Source: Utricularia gibba (Eukaryota; Plantae; Magnoliophyta). From it: 18,828 nt of DNA. The stretch is taken from NCBI GenBank assembly GCA_002189035.1, contig NEEC01000435.1, positions 1-18,828 on the forward strand. The letters run 5' to 3'. Position numbers and translations under genes: made by a program. This document shows, in pieces, positions 9,567-18,828 of the stretch; within the stretch, counting starts at the first letter, position 1, and every line of letters begins with the position of its first letter. The notes beneath the pieces are model-generated. The model worked only from the letters and a program-made list of their open reading frames with translations. It did no database searches and was not told the DNA's origin.

Positions 9567-11959
9567 GGAATGAGCTTCGAAACGGTGTGTCGTGTGCAAC
9601 GTGGCTCATCACGGTTTTCAAGATATCAAAATACGGAATGGTGCACGAGGCCTGCATCAGGTGTGGGTTGGAACACACCGTGGCATTGTAAGGGATCGCC
9701 TCTAAAAACAAAATTTCACACTTCCAATGAAATGCATATGTTTTGAAAGCGAGAAATCCCATTCGCGTCGAATCGGAAGTCCGAGGTCGCATCATCGCGA
9801 ACGTCGTGGCCACTTTGTGGCACAATTGAAGGCTAATATAAGGCAATAATTCGAGCTCTGATATATTGTCGAACGACGAAGCTTCAAAAACGGAAGATGA
9901 CCGCCCTGGAATGAGCTTCGAAACGGTGTGTCGTGTGCAACGTGGCTCATCACGGTTTTCAAGATATCGATAAAATACGGAATGGTGCACGAGGCCTGCA
10001 TCAGGTGTGGGTTGGAACACAACCGTGGCATTGTAAGGGATCGCCTCTAAAACGAAAATTTCACACCTTCCAATGAAATGCATATGTTTTGCAAGCGAGA
10101 AATCACATTTGCGTCGAATCGGAAGCCCCGAGTCGCATCATCGCGAACGTCGTGGCCACTTTGTGGCACAATTGAAGGCTAATATAAGGCAATATTCGAG
10201 CTCTGATACATCGTCGGACGACGAAGCTTCAAAACGGAAGATGACCGCTCTGGAATGAGCTTCGAAACGGTGTGTCGTGTGCAACAAGGCTCATCACGGT
10301 TTTCAAGATATTTACAAAATACGGAATGGTGCACGAGGCCTGCATCAGGTGTGGGTTGGAACACAACCGTGGCATTGTAAGGGTTCGCCTCTAAAACAAA
10401 AATTTCATACCTTCCAATGAAATCCATATGTCTTGAATGCGAGAAAACCATTCGCGTCGAATCGGAAGTCCGAGGTCGCATCATCGCGAACGTCGTGGCC
10501 ACTTTGGCACAATTGAAGGCTAATATAAGGCAATAATTCGAGCTCTGATACATTGTCGAACGACAAAGCTTCAAAAACGGAAGATGACCGCCTGGAATGA
10601 GCTTCGAAACGGTGTGTCGTGCAAACGTGGCTCATCACGGTTTTCAAGATATCGACAAAATACGGAATGGTGCACGAGGCCTGCATCAGGTGTGGGTTGG
10701 AACACAACCGTGGCATTGTAAGGGATCGCCTCAAAAACAAAATTTCACACCTTCCAATGAAATGCATATGTTTTGCAAGCGAGAAATCACATTTGCGTCG
10801 AATTGGAAGCCCCGAGTCGCATCATCGCGAACGTCGTGGCCACTTTGTGGCACAATTGAAGGCTAATATAAGGCAATAATTCGAGCTCTGATACATCGTC
10901 GGACGACGAAGCTTCAAAAACGGAAGATGACCGCTCTGGAATGAGCTTCGAAACGGTGTGTCGTGTGCAACGTGGCTCATCACGGTTTCAAGATATCGAG
11001 AAAATACGGAATGGTGCACGAGGCCTGCATCAGGTGTGGGTTGGAACACAACCGTGGCATTGTAAGGGATCGCCTCAAAAACAAAAATTTCACACCTTCC
11101 AATGAAATCATATGTTTTGAAAGCGAGAAATCCCATTCGCGTCGAATCGGAAGTCCGAGGTCGCATCATCGCGAACGTCGTGGCCACTTTGTGGCACAAT
11201 TGAAGGGTAATATAAGGCAATAATTCGAGCTCTGATATATTGTCGGACGACGAAGCTTCAAAACGGAAGATGACCGCCTGAATGAGCTTCGAAACGGTGT
11301 GTCGTGCGCAACGTGGCTCATCACGGTTTTCAAGATATCGAAAAATACGGAATGGTGCACGAGGCCTGCATCAGGTGTGGGTTGGAACACAACCGTGCCA
11401 TTGTAAGGGATCGCCTCAAAAACAAAAATTTCACACCTTCCAATGAAATGCATATTTTGCAAGCGAGAAATCCATTTGCGTCGAATCGGAAGCCCCGAGT
11501 CGCATCATCGCGAACGTCGTGGCCACTTTGTGGCACAATTGAAGGCTAATATAAGGCAATAATTCGAGCTCTGATACATCGTCGGACGACGAAGCTTCAA
11601 AAACGGAAGATGACCGCTCTGGAATGAGCTTCGAAACGGTGTGTCGTGTGCAACAAGGCTCATCACGGTTTTCAAGATATCAAAAATACGGAATGGTGCA
11701 CGAGGCCTGCATCAGGTGTGGGTTGGAACACACCGTGGCATTGTAAGGGTTCGCCTCTAAAAACAAAAATTTCATACCTTCCAATGAAATCCATATGTCT
11801 TGAATGCGAGAAAACCCATTCGCGTCGAATCGGAAGTCCGAGGTCGCATCATCGCGAACGTCGTGGCCACTTTGTGGCACAATTGAAGGCTAATATAAGG
11901 CAATAATTCGAGCTCTGATATGTCGAACGACAAAGCTTCAAAAACGAAGATGACCGCCT

Positions 11960-12302
11960 GGAATGAGCTTCGAAACGGTGTGTCGTGTAAACGTGGCTCA
12001 TCACGGTTTTCAAGATATCGATAAAATACGGAATGGTGCACGAGGCCTGCATCAGGTGTGGGTTGGAACACAACCGTGGCATTGTAAGGGATCGCCTCAA
12101 AAACAAAAATTTCACACCTTCCAATGAAATGCATATGTTTTGCAAGCGAGAAATCACATTTGCGTCGAATTGGAAGCCCCGAGTCGCATCATCGCGACGT
12201 CGTGGCCACTTTGTGGCACAATTGAAGGCTAATATAAGGCAATAATTCGAGCTCTGATACATCGTCGGACGACGAAGCTTCAAAAACGGAAGATGACCGC
12301 CT
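11960..12302. repeat. Representative subtype-A monomer (no. 36)
   Basis: Diagnostic states: AACGTGGCTC, ATCGATAAAA, CACAACC, GATCGCCTCAAAA, TTCACACC, AAATGCATATGTTTTGCAAG, AATCACATTTGCG, GAATTGGAAGCCCCGAGT. Confidence 0.9.
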
Positions 12303-15300
12303 GGAATGAGCTTCGAAACGGTGTGTCGTGTGCAACAAGGCTCATCACGGTTTTCAAGATATCAAAAAATACGGAATGGTGCACGAGGCCTGCATCAGGT
12401 GTGGGTTGGAACACACCGTGGCATTGTAAGGGTTCGCTCTAAACAAAAATTTCATACCTTCCAATGAAATCCATATGTCTTGAATGCGAGAAAACCCATT
12501 CGCGTCGAATCGGAAGTCCGAGGTCGCATCATCGCGAACGTCGTGGCCACTTTGTGGCACAATTGAAGGCTAATATAAGGCAATAATTCGAGCTCTGATA
12601 TATTGTCGAACGACAAAGCTTGAAACGGAAGATGACCGCCTCGGAATGAGCTTCGAAACGGTGTGTCGTGTGAAAACGTGGCTCATCACGGTTTTCAAGA
12701 TATCGATAAAATACGGAATGGTGCACGAGGCCTGCATCAGGTGTGGGTTGGAACACAACCGTGGCATTGTAAGGGATCGCCTCTAAAACAAAATTTCACA
12801 CCTTCCAATGAAATGCATATGTTTTGCAAGCGAGAAATCCATTCGCGTCGAATCGGAAGCCCCGAGTCGCATCATCGCGAACGTCGTGGCCACTTTGTGG
12901 CACAATTGAAGGCTAATATAAGGCAATAATTCGAGCTCTGATATATTGTCGGACGACGAAGCTTCAAAAACGGAAGATGACCGCCCTGGAATGAGCTTCG
13001 AAACGGTGTGTCGTGCGCAACGTGGCTCATCACGGTTTTCAAGATATCGACAAAATACGGAATGGTGCACGAGGCCTGCATCAGGTGTGGGTTGGAACAC
13101 ACCGTGGCATTGTAAGGGATCGCCTCAAAAAACAAAATTTCACCTTCCAATGAAATCCATATGTTTTGAAAGCGAGAAATCCCATTCGCGTCGAATCGGA
13201 AGTCCGAGGTCGCATCATCGCGAACGTCGTGGCCACTTTGTGGCACAATTGAAGGGTAATATAAGGCAATAATTCGAGCTCTGATATATTGTCGGACGAA
13301 GCTTCCAAAACGGAAGATGACCGCCTGAATGAGCTTCGAAAACGTGTGTCGTGCGCAACGTGGCTCATCACGGTTTTCAAGATATCGATAAAAATACGGA
13401 ATGGTGCACGAGGCCTGCATCAGGTGTGGGTTGGAACACAACCGTGCATTGTAAGGGATCGCCTCAAAAAACAAAAATTTCACACCTTCCAATGAAATGC
13501 ATATTTTGCAAGCGAGAAATCACATTTGCGTCGAATTGGAAGCCCCGAGTCGCATCATCGCGAACGTCGTGGCCACTTTGTGGCACAATTGAAGGCTAAT
13601 ATAAGGCAATAATTCGAGCTCTGATACATCGTCGGACGACGAAGCTTCAAAAACGGAAGATGACCGCCTGGAATGAGCTTCGAAACGGTGTGTCGTGTGC
13701 AACAAGGCTCATCACGGTTTTCAAGATATCAAAATACGGAATGGTGCACGAGGCCTGCATCAGGTGTGGGTTGGAACACAACCGTGGCATTGTAAGGGTT
13801 CGCCTCTAAACAAAAATTTCACACCTTCCAATGAAATGCATATGTTTGAAGCGAGAAATCCCATTCGCGTCGAATCGGAAGTCCGAGGTCGCATCATCGC
13901 GAACGTCGTGGCCACTTTGTGGCACAATTGAAGGGTAATAAGGCAATAATTCGAGCTCTGATACATATGTCGGACGACGAAGCTTCAAAAACGGAAGATG
14001 ACCGCTCTGGAATGAGCTTCGAAACGGTGTGTCGTGTGCAACGTGGCTCATCACGGTTTTCAAGATATCGACAAAATACGGAATGGTGCACGAGGCCTGC
14101 ATCAGGTGTGGGTTGGAACACACCGTGGCATTGTAAGGGATCGCCTCTAAAACAAAAATTTCACACCTTCCAATGAAATCCATATGTCTTGAAGCGAGAA
14201 ATCCATTCGCGTCGAATCGGAAGTCCGAGTCGCATCATCGCGAACGTCGTGGCCACTTTGTGGCACAATTGAAGGCTAATATAAGGCAATAATTCGAGCT
14301 CTGATACATCGTCGGACGACGAAGCTTCAAAAACGGAAGATGACCGCCTCGGAATGAGCTTCGAAACGGTGTGTCGTGCGCAACGTGGCTCATCACGGTT
14401 TTCAAGATATCGAAAAATACGGAATGGTGCACGAGGCCTTCATCAGGTGTGGGTTGGAACACAACCGTGGCATTGTAAGGGATCGCCTCAAAAACAAAAA
14501 TTTCACACCTTCCAATGAAATGCATATGTTTTGAAAGCGAGAAATCACATTTGCGTCGAATCGGAAGCCCCGAGTCGCATCATCGCGAACGTCGTGGCAC
14601 TTTGTGGCACAATTGAAGGCTAATATAAGGCAATAATTCGAGCTCTGATACATCGTCGGACGACGAAGCTTCAAAAACGGAAGATGACCGCCTGGAATGA
14701 GCTTCGAAACGGTGTGTCGTGTGCAACAAGGCTCATCACGGTTTTCAAGATATCGACAAAATACGGAATGGTGCACGAGGCCTGCATCAGGTGTGGGTTG
14801 GAACCACCGTGGCATTGTAAGGGTTCGCCTCTAAAACAAAAATTTCATACCTTCCAATGAAATCCATATGTTTGAAGCGAGAAAACCATTCGCGTCGAAT
14901 CGGAAGTCCGAGGTCGCATCATCGCGAACGTCGTGGCCACTTTGTGGCACAATTGAAGGCTAATATAAGGCAATAATTCGAGCTCTGATACATTGTCGGA
15001 CGACAAAGCTTCAAAACGGAAGATGACCGCCTCGGAATGAGCTTCGAAACGGTGTGTCGTGTGAACGTGGCTCATCACGGTTTTCAAGATATCGATAAAA
15101 TACGGAATGGTGCACGAGGCCTGCATCAGGTGTGGGTTGGAACACAACCGTGCCATTGTAAGGGATCGCCTCAAAAACAAAAATTTCACACCTTCCAATG
15201 AAATGCATATGTTTTGCAAGCGAGAAATCACATTTGCGTCGAATTGGAAGCCCCGAGTCGCATCATCGCGAACGTCGTGGCCACTTTGTGGCACAATTGA

Positions 15301-18300
15301 AGGCTAATATAAGGCAATAATTCGAGCTCTGATACATCGTCGGACGACGAAGCTTCAAAAACGGAAGATGACCGCTCTGGAATGAGCTTCGAAACGGTGT
15401 GTCGTGTGCAACAAGGCTCATCACGGTTTTCAAGATATTTACAAAATACGGAATGGTGCACGAGGCCTGCATCAGGTGTGGGTTGGAACACACCGTGGCA
15501 TTGTAAGGGTTCGCCTCTAAAACAAAATTTCATACCTTCCAATGAAATCCATATGTCTTGAAGCGAGAAAACCCATTCGCGTCGAATCGGAAGTCCGAGG
15601 TCGCATCATCGCGAACGTCGTGGCCACTTTGTGGCACAATTGAAGGGTAATATAAGGCAATAATTCGAGCTCTGATATATTGTCGGACGACGAAGCTTCC
15701 AAAACGGAAGATGACCGCCTAAATGAGCTTCGAAACGGTGTGTCGTGCGCAACGTGGCTCATCACGGTTTCAAGATATCGACAAAATACGGAATGGTGCA
15801 CGAGGCCTGCATCAGGTGTGGGTTGGAACACAACCGTGGCATTGTAAGGGATCGCCTCAAAAACGAAAAATTTCACACCTTCCAATGAAATGCATATGTT
15901 TTGAAAGCGAGAAATCACATTTGCGTCGAATTGGAAGCCCGAGTCGCATCATCGCGACGTCGTGGCCACTTTGTGGCACAATTGAAGGCTAATATAAGGC
16001 AATAATTCGAGCTCTGATACATCGTCGGACGACGAAGCTTCAAAAACGGAAGATGACCGCTCTGGAATGAGCTTCGAAACGGTGTGTCGTGTGCAACAAG
16101 GCTCATCACGGTTTTCAAGATATTTACAAAATACGGAATGGTGCACGAGGCCTGCATCAGGTGTGGGTTGGAACACACCGTGGCATTGTAAGGGTTCGCC
16201 TCTAAAAACAAAAATTTCATACCTTCCAATGAAATCCATATGTCTTGAATGCGAGAAACCCATTCGCGTCGAATCGGAAGTCCGAGGTCGCATCATCGCG
16301 AACGTCGTGGCCACTTTGTGGCACAATTGAAGGCTAATATAAGGCAATAATTCGAGCTCTGATATATTGTCGAACGACAAAGCTTGCAAAACGGAAGATG
16401 ACCGCCTCGGAATGAGCTTCGAAACGGTGTGTCGTGTGCAACGTGGCTCATCACGGTTTTCAAGATATCGATAAAAATACGGAATGGTGCACGAGGCCTG
16501 CATCAGGTGTGGGTTGGAACACAACCGTGCCATTGTAAGGGATCGCCTCAAAAACAAAAATTTCACACCTTCCAATGAAATGCATATGTTTTGCAAGCGA
16601 GAAATCACATTTGCGTCGAATTGGAAGCCCCGAGTCGCATCATCGCGAACGTCGTGGCCACTTTGTGGCACAATTGAAGGCTAATATAAGGCAATAATTC
16701 GAGCTCTGATATATTGTCGACGACGAAGCTTCAAAACGGAAAGATGACCGCCCTGGAATGAGCTTCGAAACGGTGTGTGTGTGCAACAAGGCTCATCACG
16801 GTTTTCAAGATATTTACAAAAATACGGAATGGTGCACGAGGCCTGCATCAGGTGTGGGTTGGAACACAACCGTGGCATTGTAAGGGATCGCCTCTAAAAC
16901 AAAAATTTCACACCTTCCAATGAAATCCATATGTTTTGAAGCGAGAAAACCATTTGCGTCGAATCGGAAGCCCCGAGTCGCATCATCGCGACGTCGTGGC
17001 CACTTTGTGGCACAATTGAAGGCTAATATAAGGCAATAATTCGAGCTCTGATACATCGTCGGACGACGAAGCTTCAAAAACGGAAGATGACCGCTCTGGA
17101 ATGAGCTTCGAAACGGTGTGTCGTGTGCAACAAGGCTCATCACGGTTTTCAAGATATTTACAAAATACGGAATGGTGCACGAGGCCTGCATCAGGTGTGG
17201 GTTGGAACACACCGTGGCATTGTAAGGGATCGCCTCTAAAACAAAAATTTTCATACCTTCCAATGAAATCCATATGTTTGAAGCGAGAAAACCATTCGCG
17301 TCGAATCGGAAGTCCGAGTCGCATCATCGCGAACGTCGTGGCCACTTTGTGGCACAATTGAAGGCTAATATAAGGCAATAATTCGAGCTCTGATATATCG
17401 TCGAACGACAAGCTTCAAAACGGAAGATGACCGCCTCGGAATGAGCTTCGAAACGGTGTGTCGTGTGCAACGTGGCTCATCACGGTTTTCAAGATATCGA
17501 TAAAATACGGAATGGTGCACGAGGCCTGCATCAGGTGTGGGTTGGAACACGTGCATTGTAAGGGATCGCCTCAAAAAAAAATTTCACACCTTCCAATGAA
17601 ATGCATATGTTTTGCAAGCGAGAAATCACATTTGCGTCGAATTGGAAGCCCGAGTCGCATCATCGCGAACGTCGTGGCCACTTTGTGGCACAATTGAAGG
17701 GTAATATAAGGCAATAATTCGAGCTCTGATATATCGTCGGACGACGAAGCTTCAAAAACGGAAGATGACCGCCTGGAATGAGCTTCGAAACGGTGTGTCG
17801 TGTGCAACGTGGCTCATCACGGTTTTCAAGATATCGACAAAATACGGAATGGTGCACGAGGCCTGCATCAGGTGTGGGTTGGAACACAACCGTGGCATTG
17901 TAAGGGATCGCCTCTAAAAAAAATTTCACACCTTCCAATGAAATGCATATGTTTTGCAAGCGAGAAATCCATTTGCGTCGAATTGGAAGCCCCGAGTCGC
18001 ATCATCGCGAACGTCGTGGCCACTTTGTGGCACAATTGAAGGCTAATATAAGGCAATAATTCGAGCTCTGATACATCGTCGGACGACGAAGCTTCAAAAC
18101 GGAAGATGACCGCCTGGAATGAGCTTCGAAACGGTGTGTCGTGTGCAACAAGGCTCATCACGGTTTTCAAGATATCGAAAATACGGAATGGTGCACGAGG
18201 CCTGCATCAGGTGTGGGTTGGAACACACCGTGGCATTGTAAGGGTTCGCCTCTAAAACAAAAATTTCACACCTTCCAATGAAATCCATATGTCTTGAATG

Positions 18301-18828
18301 CGAGAAAACCCATTCGCGTCGAATCGGAAGTCCGAGGTCGCATCATCGCGAACGTCGTGGCCACTTTGTGGCACAATTGAAGGCTAATATAAGGCAATAA
18401 TTCGAGCTCTGATATATTGTCGAACGACAAAGCTTCCAAAACGGAAGATGACCGCCTGGAATGAGCTTCGAAACGGTGTGTCGTGTGAAACGTGGCTCAT
18501 CACGGTTTTCAAGATATCGATAAAATACGGAATGGTGCACGAGGCCTGCATCAGGTGTGGGTTGGAACACAACCGTGCCATTGTAAGGGATCGCCTCAAA
18601 AACAAAAATTTCACACCTTCCAATGAAATGCATATCTTTTGCAAGCGAGAAATCACATTTGCGTCGAATTGGAAGCCCCGAGTCGCATCATCGCGTACGT
18701 CGTGGCCACTTTGTGGCACAATTGAAGGCTAATATAAGGCAATAATTCGATCTCTGATACATCGTCGGACGACGAAGCTTCAAAAACGGAAGATGACCGC
18801 TCTGGAATGAGCTTCGAAACGGTGTGTC

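Larger units (their letters stand above)
8901..15378. repeat. Higher-order block, copy 2 (monomers 27-45)
   Basis: Counterpart of 2063-8559, with anchor offsets of about 6819-6838 bp. The match is imperfect, and several monomers differ at individual diagnostic sites. Confidence 0.7.
1..18828. repeat. Tandem satellite DNA array, ~342-bp monomer, 55 complete copies plus partial ends, head-to-tail
   Basis: The anchor GGAATGAGCTTCGA (or a near variant) recurs at about 6, 351, 696, 1039, 1380, 1720, 2063, 2405, 2746, 3089, 3428, 3767, 4113, 4452, 4793, 5135, 5477, 5821, 6165, 6510, 6850, 7188, 7528, 7874, 8217, 8560, 8901, 9242, 9567, 9908, 10252, 10594, 10938, 11279, 11621, 11960, 12303, 12643, 12988, 13326, 13670, 14009, 14351, 14694, 15034, 15379, 15720, 16064, 16409, 16755, 17098, 17438, 17775, 18116, 18458 and 18804. 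Mean period is 18798/55 = 341.8 bp (range 325-346). No non-repeat sequence or inversion seen. Hand count for monomer 351-695: A103 C77 G86 T79. Confidence 0.98.

Noticed and set aside
79-18732. All supplied ORFs (60-240 aa), e.g. 504..1211, 2382..3062, 15949..16671
   Set aside because: The same peptides (MVHEACIRCGLEH, FQPTPDAGLVHHSVF, ELELLPYISLQLCHKV) recur in every monomer. Frames break at arbitrary indels, and monomer lengths are not constrained to multiples of 3. The plus strand normally has stops in all three frames within TGAAGGCTAATATAA...CTCTGA. No recognisable domain.
1-18828. CRISPR array
   Set aside because: There are no unique spacers; the entire ~342-bp unit repeats.
1-18828. 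Rolling-circle concatemer of one small circle (viroid-sized template or library artefact)
   Set aside because: Copies fall into linked, alternating haplotypes with multi-site differences rather than one sequence with random errors. I also saw no rod-like self-complementarity across the monomer.

Overview
The whole 18,828-bp window is one uninterrupted head-to-tail tandem satellite array, most likely eukaryotic. It holds 55 complete monomers of about 342 bp (one counted monomer is 47% GC and CpG-rich), all in one orientation, with no unique DNA, transposon, CRISPR spacer or credible protein-coding gene. All supplied ORFs are repeat-derived. Monomers are numbered 1-55 from the anchor GGAATGAGCTTCGA, with monomer 1 at position 6. 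Two subtypes (A and B, roughly 6-7% apart) mostly alternate as a ~685-bp dimer. Rarer variant monomers recur at a 20-monomer (~6.8 kb) spacing that shifts to 24 after an apparent 4-monomer duplication. The most unusual observation is a hammerhead-ribozyme-like arrangement on the minus strand. It has a fully canonical core in one copy (7571-7646), but helix II is weak and the consensus core is non-canonical, so it is a hypothesis only. Frequent homopolymer-length changes suggest long-read error, which limits single-base claims. I cannot name the organism or satellite family from the sequence.
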